A stretch of 64,000 nt of DNA from Chiloscyllium plagiosum. Lineage: Eukaryota. This document shows, piece by piece, positions 1 through 12,689 of the stretch (position 1 is the first letter of the stretch; each line of letters begins with the position of its first letter). Where the stretch lies: contig NC_057718.1 in NCBI RefSeq assembly GCF_004010195.1, positions 6,300,857-6,364,856 of the forward strand, written 5' to 3'. The translations under genes were made by a program, and so were the position numbers. Below the pieces are notes generated by a model. It did no database searches and was not told where the DNA came from. It saw only the letters and a program-made list of their open reading frames with translations.

Positions 1-160
1 TTTTGCTATCTGGATGGGTACATGAATAGGAAAGGTTTAGTGGGATATGGATTAAATGCTGGCAAATGGGACTGCGTTAATTAAGGATATCTGGTTGGCA
101 TGGACGAGTTGAACCAAAGGGTCTGTTTCTGTGCTGTACATCTCTGTGACTCTATGACCT
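1..160 (+). mobile_element. CR1/HER1 LINE 3' end
   Basis: Typical CR1 3' UTR (ggacgagttgaaccaaagggtctgtttctgtgctgta) ending in a (ctatgact)-type tail. Confidence 0.85.
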
Positions 161-291
161 CACCCCTCCTGATCTCTGTAATCTTCTCTAGCCACACATC
201 TCTCCAAGATATCTGTGTTCCTCTAATTCTGGCCTTCTAGTTTGAACATCTCCACAATTGGCTATGCCGTTGGTTGCCTGGGTTCCACAGT

Positions 292-648
292 CATGGAATC
301 ACTGCATCCCCACAGTGTGGAAGCAGGCCATTCAGCCCATCGAGTCCACATTGACCCCCTGAAGATCATCCCACCAAGACCCAGCTCCCCTACCGTATCG
401 CTGTAAACCTGCATTTCCCATGGCTAATCCATCTAGCCTGCACACTATGAAACAATTTAGCATGGCCAACCCACCTTACCTGCACATTTTTGGACTGTGG
501 GAGGAAACTGGAGCACCCGGAGGAAACCCACACAGACATGGGGAGAACGTGCAAGCTCCACACAGACAGTCGCCCAAGGCAGGAATTGAATCCAGGTTTC
601 TGGCGCTGTGAGGCAGCAGTGCTAATCACTGAGCCACCATGCTGCCCC
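292..648 (-). mobile_element. HE1-type tRNA-derived V-SINE
   Basis: tRNA-like head (ggtggctcagtgattagcactgctgcctcacagcgcc), central gtgggtttcctccgggtgctcc core, CR1-like 3' tail. Confidence 0.9.
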
Positions 649-1302
649 CAATCATGTAGCCCCTCCCTGAAACTGACCATCTCTGCATCTTAACTTTCTC
701 TCTTCGCATATTCCTTAAAACGATTTGACTAAGCTAATATTCTTTCAAGTGACTGTGTGTCATATTTTATTTTTTAATTGCCTTTGGGACACCTTATTAC
801 ATTAGAGGTGCTATATGAATACAAGTTGTTGTTGTAGCATTTTAATGCAGGGATACTTTGTTAAGATACTTGACAGCAGCCAAGAGTTGACCAGAAATTG
901 GAGTAATGTATTATTCAGACTTGTGGACATTAGGTTTTATCCCCTAAATGTCATTGATTAGGATTTTACTGAGTGGCAATTGATTTTTCAAGTTATCAGT
1001 TGATGTAATGAAATTTGAATTCATATTTTTTTGAACTTTAAGTCTACTATTCTGGATTACTAATCATATATCATAGCAGCAACTCCACCATTACATTTGG
1101 CTTAAGTCTAAGTATCATTTCACTGGTGTATTGAAGAGATTGCAAAACACAAATTCTGGCTTTACAACAAAAAAGTCATAGTTATTTCAAGCTGGAGACG
1201 GCTGCCTTGGACTGGCATCCCATTTATTTCTCTTGTGTTTTAAGCCATATTGAACTCAGATGAAGCGGGTCATAGCTCTTGCTGTCGACTGGCAAACCTT
1301 AC

Positions 1303-1360
1303 CTCGGAAGCTCATAGCTGAATGCAAAAAGCCCTTGGAAAATTTGATGTAGTGCTGTTA
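1303..1360 (-). CDS. candidate 58-nt exon of an unidentified minus-strand transcript (xTALHQIFQGLFAFSYELP)
   Basis: Acceptor ttttttttattttag, donor GAG|gtaagg, only one frame free of stops (phase 1 to 2), non-repetitive sequence; no homology recognised. Confidence 0.3.
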
Positions 1361-1704
1361 CTAAAATAAAAAAAAACGTAAATGAATACATGGACATGAA
1401 GCAATCAAAAGGCTACACAACCCAATCACAGAGCCAATGCAAAAAACATGAAGCGCTGCTCCAGGGTCAACTTCCAACAGAACAATCCACAGAGAAGATG
1501 TGGATTGTTTCTTTTGTTCGTGGTATGCGGGTGTCATTGGCTGGGCCAGTGTTTGTTCCATGTCCCTATTAACTCTGAAGAAGATGGCGGCGGGAACCCA
1601 TTCAAATACTTAACAGCCGTCGAGGTGTGTTCATTACATTCACATTGGTGAATGACCCTTTGGTTTCACTTATAAATTCTATTTCCAATATATCATCCTT
1701 CACT

Positions 1705-1818
1705 AGTGCTGAAGAAGGAGCTGGGCTCCGAGAGCTTGTGTTTTCAAATAAACGTTTCGACTATAACCCGGTGTCATGTGATTTTTGACTTTGTTAACCC
1801 CAGTCCAACTCTTCCACG
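1705..1818 (+). mobile_element. Penelope-like terminal fragment, family B (decayed hammerhead)
   Basis: ctgaagaaggagctgggctccgagagc followed by the family-B terminus ...ctataacccggtgtcatgtg...cccagtccaac. Confidence 0.75.
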
Positions 1819-2144
1819 TGGCTCTGAAACTGCTGCAGTCCATGTGCTATAAATAGACCCACAATGGCTGTTGGGGAGGGAATTCTGAGATTTTTGACTC
1901 AGTGACAGTGAAGTAACAGTGATATATTTCCAAGTCATTATGGTGAGTGGCTTGGAGGGGAACTTGCAAGGGGTGGTGCTGCCATGTATCTGCTGCCCTT
2001 GTCCTACGAGATGTTAATGGAAAATTGTCAAACCCAATGTCAATGTAAGACCCAGCTCTCATTCGCCTCTTGAGCATCTGTATATATTAACATTTATGAT
2101 TAAAATCACACTGTAAATACTTTCTAATGTGCCTTTCTAAAAAA

Positions 2145-2468
2145 TCATTCATGGGGGTTGAGGGCATTGCTGGCCAGGTCAGCATTTATTGCCCATCCCA
2201 GAGGGTAGTTAAGAGTCAATCACACTACTGCGGATCTGGTGTCACATGTAGGCCAGACCAAGTAAGGATGGCAGTTTCCTTTCTTAAAGGACATCAGAGA
2301 CTCAGATGGGTTTTCCAATAATGGTCATCATGAGATCCTTAATTCCAGATTTTTATTGAATTCAAATTCCACCATCTGCCGTGGCAGGATTCAAACCTGG
2401 GTCCCCAACATTACCTGAGTTTCTGGATTTACAGTCCAGTGATAATAACTCTCGGTTATTGTCTCCCC
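2145..2468 (-). mobile_element. tRNA-headed SINE, second family (also about 21257-21570 -, 34845-35150 +, 37060-37410 -, 46800-47110 +, 56910-57260 +)
   Basis: Recurrent body ggaaggaaactgccatccttacctggtctggcctacatgtgactcc and tail gggcaataaatgctggcc seen in at least 6 copies in this window. Confidence 0.8.
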
Positions 2469-2937
2469 CTTCAGAAATGTTATTACTCTCCTCAGGAGCA
2501 GGTGGGACTTGAATGTTAGTTGAAAAACAAACAAAAGCAGAAATGGCTGGAGAAACTCTGCAGGTCTGACAGCATCTATGGAGAGAAAACAGAGTTGACA
2601 TTTTGAGTTGAGTGACCCTTCTTCTGTACATTGCTAGGGACACCAGCAGTGCTCCACAAGAGCTCTTAATTTAGCATGATATTCACTTGCCACTGGTAAT
2701 GCCTCTGAAATTGAAGGCCAAATTCCTTACATTGCAGTAATCTAATTTCTGAATGTAGATCAGTTGTAAAATCTCCTCCAAAGAAAAAAATCTATCAATA
2801 TTGCAGATGGCAGTGAGAAGCATGTTAGTTCTTCCTGGTCAGCTTCCCACACCAATCTGTACTTCCCAAACCAAGATGAAACTGGCAATCATTGCACTTT
2901 TTTCAATAGGAATGAAAGTCAATCCTAATAATTATGA

Positions 2938-3129
2938 TTTGGAGGAGCCGACATTAGACTGGGGTGGACAATGTTAAAAATCACACAACACCAGGTTATA
3001 GTCCAACAGATTTACTTGGAAACACTAGCTTTTGGAGTATCGCTCCTTCATCAGGTGGAGCAGCGTTTCAAAAGCCTTTACTTCCAAATAAACCTATTGG
3101 ACTATAACCTGGTGTTGTATGATTTTTAA
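2938..3129. mobile_element. Penelope-derived fold-back mini-element, family B
   Basis: Two inverted arms of the family-B terminus joined at the hammerhead; flanked by the direct repeat ctaataattatg (TSD). Confidence 0.85.
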
Positions 3130-3264
3130 CTAATAATTATGTTTAGCCATTCATCACAGTTAGTCATGGGGAAGTCAACTGGGTGAGTCAGCTTGTAATT
3201 GTAAAGAATCATTTATTATATAGAGTGTAGCACCTATATATTTTTTCTTTCTGTTTCTGTTTGT

Positions 3265-3350
3265 TTGTCTGTGTGTGTGTGTCTGTGTGTATGTGTGTGT
3301 GTGTATGTGTGTGTGTGTATGTGTGTGTGTGTCTGTGTGTGTGTGTGTGT
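3265..3350 (+). repeat. (TG)n microsatellite within an LTR-like segment
   Basis: Direct reading of the sequence. Confidence 0.95.
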
Positions 3351-4849
3351 AAAGTGGAGTTCATAAGAGGTTTAGCGTTTTAATTTGTAAGTTTGCTGAA
3401 TTTAAGTTAATTGTTTATCAGGATTTAATAACCTGCGATGAATAGTGATTCTTGTTAGATACAGACACCTGATCCGTGCTCACAATGAACCTGAGTCTGA
3501 AAATCAGCTACTTTGGGGATTTTGAGGATTTCCTTCTAAAAAAATCTTTGACTTTTGTGACTACTTCGGGACCAGCAGGGCTTGACTTCCAGGGCTGCCC
3601 AGTGAATTGTAACACTAACTGCTATCGGAATTGTTTGACAGTGGATCTTATGTGAGAATTGGTCCAAGTTTCTCTCGGATATTACTTGTGGCAGAAGAAA
3701 ATGGAACAAGTTGCTGTAAAGGAATAACGCAGAGAAGACCAGCACCTTTGTAAGATGTGAAAGCACAAGGAGAGGAGAGAGTGAATGACAACTGTCGGAC
3801 AAGAGAAAAAGCATGATACAGATCTGTATATAGACTGCCAAGTGTATCTGTCAAGTAAGTCATTAAACTGTGATGTCTATTTGTTCAATGATAGTTCGAG
3901 ATTCAATGTGCATTTATCAAAAAACAACAGCAACAGTGATAGAGAAAGGGGAGGAGTGTAGAGAAACCATCATAGTTACGCATTTCACCAGCTATTCGAT
4001 CTTCCAAAAGAAAATTGGATAAATACTTGAAGGAATAAAATGTGCTGTGGGGCAAGGAAGGGAGACTGAGCAACACTTCAAAAGCGCAGGCAGAAACATG
4101 ATTGACCAGAGAGAGTTTTTCTGTACCGCAAGGATTCAACATTCTGATAAAATAAAAAACTCCACTCAGTCAGTTATAAAGATGAAATATTTTATCGCTT
4201 GCGCTGGGGGAATTATTTCTGGGTTTCTTGGGCAACACAAAATGAATAATTTGTTAGCTCTCTTTGGCAATCATTACTTTTAAAAAAAAAATTGATTTGG
4301 GATTTCCAAAGTCTGAAACTTCATCATCCATTGTTCGGTCTAAAATCCACTGATACTTCTATACTTCTGTTGTATTTTGGATTCAATTGAAAGTGACAGT
4401 GGAAATGATTTCGATATGCCCATTAGTTCTGCACGCATCCATAAGCTGACCAATTAGCAGGGGCTTGCCCATCTGTTGTAGATAATACTTGCCACCCTGG
4501 ATGAATACAAACCTGATTGACGTATAAATACTTTCAATCTATTCTGTAAACAAAGAACCTGTTATTATAAATATTTGGATACATTTCTGGTTTTCTTTTG
4601 CTGTCCCTGTTCCCATAGCAATAATTGCAAAAAGAATCCCCATTGTTTTCTTAGTAATTAACGTTAAAGAGCATTTTTCAGTTGATTCATGGTTTGTTTT
4701 TGCTCCAAATGGCATTAAGAAGTAAAACTTTGACCAATTCTGGGACCTCTAGGCTCACATAGTTGATCTAATGGTCAAAAGGTCAATTTAGCCAATTGCC
4801 CGCTCCCAGTCGAGAGCTCTCATTGGTTGGAGTGACAATCAGTCACCTA

Positions 4850-5012
4850 GAACCATAGAGTCATAGAAATGTATAGCAAGGAAACAGACCCTTCGGTCCA
4901 ATTTGTCCATGCCGACCCGATATCTGAAATTAATCTAGTCCTATTTGTCAGTGTTTGGCTCATGTCACTCTAAACCCTTCTTATTCATCCAGATGACTTT
5001 TAAATGTCGTTA
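4850..5012 (-). mobile_element. CR1/HER1 LINE 3' end
   Basis: catagagtcataga tail plus gaaacagacccttcggtcca. Confidence 0.85.
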
Positions 5013-5439
5013 TTGTTGATCTTTTTCTACACAAAGTTCCAAAATAATGCAACAAATTATAAAACAGTAATTAGTGCTCCTGGAATTTGAGGAAATCGGT
5101 TATGAAAATATCTCAAAAAAAGGAGCAGCTCTTACACTCGCGATATTTGCCTGTACTCCATCTTGGATTGCCCAAAATCCACTCCACTCAGTCTCCACAG
5201 AGATTAGCAGAAAATTAGCAGAAGATGCAAACTCATAAAAGTTCATCCAGTTTGGGTGAAATTCTCAGTAATTATTCAACTTTTAATAAGCATTCTCTGC
5301 AAAGTTCATTCTCTGAATGTGGGCATCACTGATGAGGCAGGTTTTGAAAATCACTTCCTACTTGACCTTGAGAAGGTGTTGGTAATGATGGTGGTGATGA
5401 ACCACCTCCATGAACCAGAGTGCACACACCATAAAAGAC

Positions 5440-6090
5440 CATTAGGAAAAGGAACAGGAGTAGGCTGTTCAGGCCATCGAGCCTGCTCTAGCATTCATTG
5501 GGATCATGAGTGGTCCGACATTCCTCATGTCCATTTCCCTGCCCTTTCCCCATAACCATTGTTTCCCCGATAGTGCGGTACAGTGGCTCAGCGGTTGGCA
5601 TTTCCACCTCACAGCATTAAGGTCTTATGTTCGATTCCAACCTTGAGCGACTGTCTGTGTGGAGTTTGCACATTCTTCCCGTGTCTGCGTGGGTTTCCTC
5701 CGGGTGCTCCAGTTTCCTCCCACATCAAAAGGTATGCAGGTTAGGGTGGATTGGCCATGGAAAATGCAGGGCTCTGAGGATTGAGTGGGTCTAGGTGGGA
5801 TACTCTTCAGAGGTCAGTGTGGACTTGATGGGCCAAATGGCCTGCTTCCACACTGTAGGGATTCTATGATTGTATGACTGATCACGAATCTATCTTAAAT
5901 ATACACAAGAATTCTGCCCCATGGCTCCCTGTGGCCAAAGATTCCAAAGAATAACAACCCTTGTAAGAAGACATTCCTCCTCACCTCTGTCTGAAATTGG
6001 TGCCCCTTTATGCTGAGACTATACTGTCTGGTCCTGGATGCTCCCATGAGGGTAAACATCCTCTCAGTATTCACCTTTAGAAATCTTACA
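5440..6090 (-). mobile_element. CR1 3' fragment split by an HE1 SINE
   Basis: CR1 C-terminus (SRTRQYSLSIKGHQFQTEVRRNVF) continues on both sides of the SINE. Confidence 0.75.
5572..5877 (+). mobile_element. HE1-type V-SINE
   Basis: Head, V-domain core and CR1-like tail present. Confidence 0.9.
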
Positions 6091-7451
6091 TGCTCCCACA
6101 TCCGCTATTAAATAAGAAGCTTCAGGATTCTGACCCTGAAGTTAACTTATCAACAAGGGATTATCATCTTGGTATAGAGCCTGGCCTGGTGAGAATTCTG
6201 ATGAGAGAATGGGGCACATTTTAATGCAGTTGATTTTCTGGTGGATTACATTTGCCTGTTAGAGAATTGGCCCGGTGGTGGATTCAGCATATTCCCTCTG
6301 GTCCCAATGCCTGACTTTTCTTTAAGAGCAGTCCACATTGAGTGAGGGCCCAGGCCAGGGCATAGAGTCCCATGCTACTTCACATGAACTATTGAAGGCA
6401 AGAGAAATCAGTGCTGTAGCAATAGCAGCTCTGTAACTGTTCGGAAACAAAAAAGAGGAAAGAGATACAGACAACCTGTGAAATTGAGAGGGAGCCTCAG
6501 CAAATGTATTGACCAGATGTACAGGGATCGAGGGAGTAATTGTAGTCACGGGTCATCCCAAGATAATTCCTTGACATCATGAGTCTCTGGAGAGTCAACA
6601 TTCTCACATTATGATCTGATGCTTCCTGTGGACTACATTTAGTTTTTCCATGAAGGGGGTTTCTGGAATTCATTTCCTATGTGCTCACTAAAGTGAAAAT
6701 ACATCAGGAAGGGTCTGAGCTCAATGTAAGCGATATATTCTGGTAGCAACAAAGGAATAGAGCAGTTCCAAGTGTCACATTCACAGTTCAAAACCTGCTA
6801 ATTCAATTAAAAGCAAACTACTGCGGTTGCTGGAAATCAGAAACGAGATTGCTGGAGAAACTCAGCAGGTCTGGCAACATCTGCAGAGAGAGAGAGGAAG
6901 AGACTTAACGTCTCAAGTCCAATTGGAATTCTTCAGATTGGAAAAGTGTTGAAAACTGCCCTCAACAGAGAGGACACATTCTCTCCCTTTCACATTTCAC
7001 ACACTTTTTACATCTATTTCTTCTCTATCACCACCATTACCAATCCCTTTGTCTTTTACACTGGGCCTCAATTTCAGTTTGTTCCTTGTCTGCTTTGAAA
7101 TAATTCCATTCTGCAAACCCTTTCAGTTCTGAGGAAATGTCATACTGGACTCAACGCTTTATCTCTGTCTTTCTCTCCATAGATGCTGCCAAACTTGTTG
7201 AGTTTCTGCAGTGGTCTTTGTATTTCTTTCTGCTCATTCACTGTCTGGCTGTGGAGGATGTAATTTGTGAGTTCCATTTCACATATTCTGTTAAACCTTG
7301 GTTTTAAAATCACCAAAGTCTCTACATATTATTACTCCGAAGTCACATGAGCCAAGCCTAACCTTCATTTTTAGGCAAGTGTTGGATCAAAATGCCTCTC
7401 TCCTTCCTGGCCAATCCCACGTGCATGCTTATTGAATGTTTCTTTAAATAA

Positions 7452-8286
7452 CTTCTACGATGATACAATGACTTTAAGAAATATATTTAGTCTGTTTTTG
7501 TATGAAGAAAGGTAGCGATCAGAGGTGGAAAGCAGTTTCTTCAAAGCCTCTAAAGTGAACAGCTTGTGACGCCTTGTTTTTTGCCCCCCCTAAGGTTGGA
7601 ACAATAGAAGCAGCCTGAATGGGCGGGGTTACGCTCCCCTAGAGTGCATCTATCCCTGTTACTCTCTCTCTCTCTCTCTCTGAGTTTTCTTTCAATATTT
7701 TTTTTCTCTTGCATTGGAGAATTGCCTGTGAGACAACCTATTTTACTGAATTTTGCCAAGGATGTGTTTACGGGATGTTACTACATTGAAAGTTAAGCCA
7801 ATTATTTTATTGTATTTTTATGAGCGGCACGGTGCCACAGAGGTTAGCACTGCTGCCTCATAGCACCAGTGACCCGGGTTCAATTCCTGCCTCAGGCGAC
7901 GTGGAGTTTACACGTTCTCACTAAGTCAGCATGGGCTTCCTCTCACACTCCAAAAAAAATGTGCACATTAGGTGAATTGGCCATGCTAAATTGCCTGTGG
8001 TGTTAGGTAAAGGGGTAAATGTAGGGGAATGGGTCTGGGTGGGTTGCGGGTCGGTGTGGACTTGTTGGGCCGAAGGGCCTGTTTCCACTCTGTAAGTAAT
8101 CTAATCATAATGTCTGTATTTTAACTGCCATGTAAAAGTAAAGTATGTTTTGCTTAACACGGAGTAGTTTGACCAATCGAATTACATCTGAAATGTAACA
8201 CCTTAGACACCTTTAAAATAAGCAGACATTAAAGTCTGGACTATCTTCTGAATATATTTTAAGGGTGTTGAGTCTGGTCCATAACA
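7452..8286 (+). mobile_element. possible solo LTR interrupted by an HE1 SINE
   Basis: Starts tgataca, ends ...ccataaca, internal (TC)n and AT-rich segment like other LTR-like segments here; no internal retroviral ORF. Confidence 0.4.
7822..8107 (+). mobile_element. HE1-type V-SINE
   Basis: Head, core and tail (gggccgaagggcctgtttccac...taatctaatc). Confidence 0.9.
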
Positions 8287-8489
8287 CTTCGCACAGAATA
8301 AAAACAGTAGCATCTTACACAACAGCACCTCCAGCATTGCTGCCTTTCCTCAGGACTTTCTAGAACTATCAAATGAGATGTTCTTCAGTTCTCCAGCATA
8401 GTAGGCAGCAAGGCCCAGGAAAACATCCGGACTGCTGGCAATAATGACAAGCCATACATTTGCAACACAAATGCCAGGCATTATTCATC

Positions 8490-8800
8490 TAGCACTGCTG
8501 CCTCACAGCGCCAGAGACCTGGGTTCAATTCCCGCCTCGGGCAACTGTCTGTGTGGAGTTTGCACATTCTACCCCTGACTGTGTGGGTTTCCTCCGGGTG
8601 CTCCGGTTTCCTCCCACAGTCCAAAAATGTGCAGGTTAGGTGAATTGGCCATGCTGAAAAATTGCACATATAGTTAGGTGAAGGGGTAAGTGTAGGGGAA
8701 TGGGTCTGAGTGGGTTGCTGTTCGGAGGGTCGGTGTGGACTTGTTAGGCCGAAAGGCCTGTTTCCACACTGCAAGTAATCTAATCTAATCTAATCTAATC
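8490..8800 (+). mobile_element. HE1-type V-SINE, 5'-truncated, (AATCT)n tail
   Basis: Near-consensus core; tail aatctaatctaatctaatctaatc. Confidence 0.9.
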
Positions 8801-8904
8801 CTACAGCAGAGAACTGAACCTATGTCCCCTTGATATCCAAGGGTGTTATCACCACTGTAACCCCTGCGATTAACACCACAAGCATCATTGACCAGAGTAT
8901 CCTC

Positions 8905-9425
8905 CATCACATTATTGGAAAGATGTGATTGCACTGATGAGGGTGCAGAGGAGATTCATCAGGATGTCGTCTGGGGTGAAAAGCCTTGGTTATGAGGAGA
9001 GACTGGGTAAACTGGGTTTGTTTTCCCTGGAGTGGAGGAGACTGAGGGAGGCTCTGATCAAGGTGTACAAAATTATGAGAGGCACAGACAGGGTAGATCA
9101 GGAGAATCATTCCCCCCTGTGTCTCAGACCAAAGGACATAAGTTCAAGGTGAACATTAAATGGTTTAGAAGGGATGCAAGAAATTGTTTTCACCCAGAGG
9201 GTGGTAGGAATATGGAAGACACTGCCCAGTGGGTGGTGGCGGCAGATACTCTTGCAATGTTTAAGAAGTATCTGGGTGAGCACATCAAATGCCTGGACAT
9301 AGTAGGGCTATGGACCAAGTGCAAGTAAATGGGATTAACGTAGTTTGGTGTTTGTGGGTCAGCACTGACATGGTGGGCTGAAGGGCCTGTTCCTATGCTG
9401 TACATTTCTGTAACTATATGACTCT
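8905..9425 (+). mobile_element. CR1/HER1 LINE 3' fragment
   Basis: ORF 8925-9152 ALMRVQRRFIRM...YEERLGKLGLFSLEWRRLR matches the CR1 ORF2 C-terminus. Confidence 0.9.
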
Positions 9426-10215
9426 TTGAGAAACAGAACTGCACCAGTCCGATCAATACTATGGTTACACGTGCAGATCAGAGGCTCAGAATCCTACAGC
9501 AAGTAACTCAACTCCTGGCCCCTCTTTTTATCAAGGCACAAGTGTGATAGAATACTGACCACTTGCCTGGATGACTGCAACAGATGTTGACATCACTTAG
9601 GAATAAGTAACCAATTTGATTGGCATGCCGTCTCACATCTATACAGGTCACTCCCTCCCACCACCACTGCAGAGTCACAGCAGTGTGTCCCACTTACAAG
9701 ATAACAGCAGCTACTCATCAAGGCTCCTGAGACCACAGCTCCCAAAACGGTGACCTCTGGGATTCCAGCCTTCCGCAAGCGGAGGGCCCCGAGCAACCAG
9801 AAAGAAACCAGAAAGAAAACGTGACCGAATTTCCGAGCTGGAAAGACAACGATGAAGCCGTGTGGGTGTGACAGGACCCATCACATGAGCCCATGAGCAG
9901 CTGAGCTCCTTGCTCAGGAGCCAAAAGCTGCCATCTCCGTCACTGCCGCCATCTTGGAATCTTGGAATGCAACAAATTATTCTGAAAGTCACACATTGTA
10001 GCTGTGTAGGGGAACATTTTCTGAACATTGAAGTGCCACAAAGAGCATTGAGGGGGATCTGACCACGCGAGGTTAAGAGCCAAAATGCATTCGGGTTCCG
10101 AGGAAGTGTCAGACTGGACTCGAAATGTTAAACCCATTTCTCTCTCCACAGATGCTGCCAGACCTGCTGCGTCTCTCCAGCACTTTCTTATTTTAGTTTC
10201 CCACCATCTGCAGTG

Positions 10216-10432
10216 CAGGTCATTCTGCTATAATGTGTGTTTCATCAACGCAAATTCGCTGTAAAGCGATTGACGAATTGGGGGCACTGTTTCTAAAGCG
10301 CAAACTTTTTTAAAGCATGTATTGGTTATAATGCAATTCTGACCCCATTAGTTTAAATGGTGCTGCTATTAGGCGACTTTCTTATAACACGGGATTACAC
10401 AAGAACGGAACTACCATGTTATAGCAGAACCT
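10216..10432 (+). mobile_element. MITE / non-autonomous DNA transposon (Tc1-mariner/Tigger-like)
   Basis: Terminal inverted repeats caggtcattctgctataa ... gttatagcagaacc; a related copy lies in reverse at about 21985-22490. Confidence 0.65.
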
Positions 10433-10979
10433 TCTGAAAAGGAAAGGATTGATTTCCTCTTGAGCCGAATCTACTCATAGTGATGCCTGTTTATAAACAA
10501 TACCTAACTCCCTCTTGAAAATGTTCACTATCTGAGCCTCAACCAGTTTTAGTGGCAGAGAATTCCTGCTTCGATATCCTATGGCATTATGTTTATATAC
10601 AGTAGTTAACGCACACATTAACATGGCTTGGTTTAACATCTCATGCCATGGATGGTGCCTACAGTGATGAACTGCCTACTCCACCGCTACCATCTCACCA
10701 CACCTCCAGCCTCCCAGTCCCATCTCCTTTTCAGTCCCGCACTAGAGTATCCAATGATCAGCCTAGACTGTAGCGAAAAAGCAGACCATTCAGAGAGATT
10801 TATCTTTGAACTTAGGCACAGAGACATTACCTAGACTCTGCCTGCCCAACTCTTGACTTCGTCCAAGACAATAAACAGGTTTTCCAAATCCATCTCCAAC
10901 TAATTGAATACTGCATCTCTCAAACACTGTCATCTGCCATCAACTCTGGCCATTTACTCACGTAAGATTTTGATTACAT

Positions 10980-11760
10980 TGTGTGTTTATCATTTCCCTT
11001 TCCTACCATGGATTCTACACTGGGATGGGGCTATTGGCGTGGAAGTAAAAGATCCCAAGGAAAGAGTGACCATAACATGATAAAGTTTAGCATTCAGGTC
11101 AAGACTGAGAAACTTGGGTTGGAAACAGCATTGCTAAAGGTTAGTTACAGAGGAATTAGGCTGGAGTGGGCTGGAAAAAGAGTTTAACAAAGAGATAGTT
11201 GAGGAACGAGGGCAGACATTTGAAAAAAAGTTAGTGACTCACAATTAAAATGCTTCCAAGTGAGGAAGAAGGGCTCCAGAAAGGGAATAAAACAACTGTG
11301 GCTCACCAAGGAAGTGAAGTAGCAGAATAAATCGAAAGAAAAAGAATGTGGCAAAGATTAGTGGCAAACCAGAGTTGTGGGAACATTTTAAAAGACAGTT
11401 AAAGATGACTAAAAAAACAAAGAAAGAAAAAAAACCCACAAAGATAAACTAATCAGGCGTAAAAAAATGGATCTTAAAAATGTGTTGCTGGAAAAGCGCA
11501 GCAGGTCAGGCAGCATCAAAGGAGAAGGAGAATCGACGTTTCGGGCATAAGCCCTTCTTCAGGAAATAAAAGGATAGAAGGAGTTTCTGTAAACATATAT
11601 ATCAGAATAAGAGGCCAAAGTGAATATATTCCTCTGAGAGAAACGGACAAGTAAAATAATGATGGGGGAGCAATAACTAGAAGGAATGAATAAATAAATA
11701 CTTTGCGTCAGTCTTCATGAGAGAAGACATGAGTAGTATTCTAATAATACTAAACAATGA
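10980..11760 (+). mobile_element. decayed CR1 ORF2 fragment (endonuclease-RT linker) with a Penelope family-A insert at about 11470-11565
   Basis: agtgaccataacatgataaagttt (SDHNMIKF), tggctcaccaaggaagt (PWLT-like), tttgcgtcagtcttca (FASVF). Confidence 0.7.
11532..11565 (-). ncRNA. minimal hammerhead ribozyme motif, family A
   Basis: Minus strand CUGAAGA-A-GGGC-UUAU-GCCC-GAAA-CGUC. Confidence 0.65.
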
Positions 11761-11769
11761 ATGGTCTAA

Positions 11770-12035
11770 ATCATGGAATCCCCACATTGTGGACAAGGCC
11801 ATTCAGCCCATCAAATCCACACCAATGCGCATCTTACCCAGACCCATCCCATAACCTTGCACTTTCCATGGCTAATCCACCGAACCTGCACACTATCAGT
11901 AATTTTGAGTGACCAATCTATTCAACGTACCTATCTTTTGAATGTGGAAGGAAACCAGAGGAAACCCACACTGTTGCCTGAGGGTGAAATTGAACCCAGG
12001 TCCCTGACACATTGAGTAAGCAGTGCTTACCATCC
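11770..12035 (-). mobile_element. degenerate HE1-type SINE
   Basis: Recognisable tail and head with internal deletions. Confidence 0.75.
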
Positions 12036-12039
12036 TGGT

Positions 12040-12680
12040 GAGTGGGAGGGGGAGTTGAAATGTTGGGCCACGGGGCGGTTTGGTTGATTGGTGCGGGTGT
12101 CTCGGAGATCAGAGCGCTTCAGGGAACATCTCCGAGACACCCGCACCAATCAACCAAACCGCCCCGTGGTCCAACATTTCAACTCCCCCTCCCACTCTGC
12201 CGAGGATATGGAGGTGCTGGGCCTCCTCCACCGCCGCTCCCTCACCACCAGACGCATGGAGGAAGAATGCCTCATCTTCCGCCTCGGAACACTTCAACCC
12301 CAGGGCATCAATGTGGACTTCAACAGCTTCCTCATTTCCCCTTCCCCCACCTCATCCTAGTTTCTAACCTCCAGCTCAACACTGTCTCCTTGACTTGTCC
12401 AGACTTGTCCGACCTGCCTAGCTCCTTTTCCACCAATCCACTCCACCCTCTCCTCCCTGACCTATCACCTTCATCTCCTCCCCCACTCACCTATTGTACT
12501 CTATGCTACTCTCTCCCCACCCCCACCCTCCCCTAACTTATCTCTCCACGCTTCAGGCTCTCTGCCTTTATTCCTGATGAAGGGCTTTTGCCCGAAACGT
12601 CGATTTTGCCTGTCCTCGGATTTCGCCTGTCCTCGGATGCTGCCTGAACTGCTGTGCTCTTCCAGCACCACTAATCCAGA
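12040..12680 (+). mobile_element. 5'-truncated Penelope-like element (family A) with inverted 5' end
   Basis: ORF 12088-12360 RFREHLRDTRTNQPNRPVVQHFNSPSH...EECLIFRLGTLQPQGINVDF is a GIY-YIG C-terminus; pyrimidine-rich 3' UTR; hammerhead at 12574; 70-bp fold-back at the 5' end. Confidence 0.9.
12572..12603 (+). ncRNA. minimal hammerhead ribozyme motif, family A
   Basis: CUGAUGA(12574-80)-A-GGGC-UUUU-GCCC-GAAA-CGUC; palindromic ACGU; predicted cleavage after 12601. Confidence 0.7.
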
Positions 12681-12689
12681 AACGAGTGC

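Noticed and set aside
390..693. Recurrent small ORFs such as DCGRKPEHPEETH and RLSVWSLHVLP
   Set aside because: Translations of HE1 SINE copies, repeated at each copy
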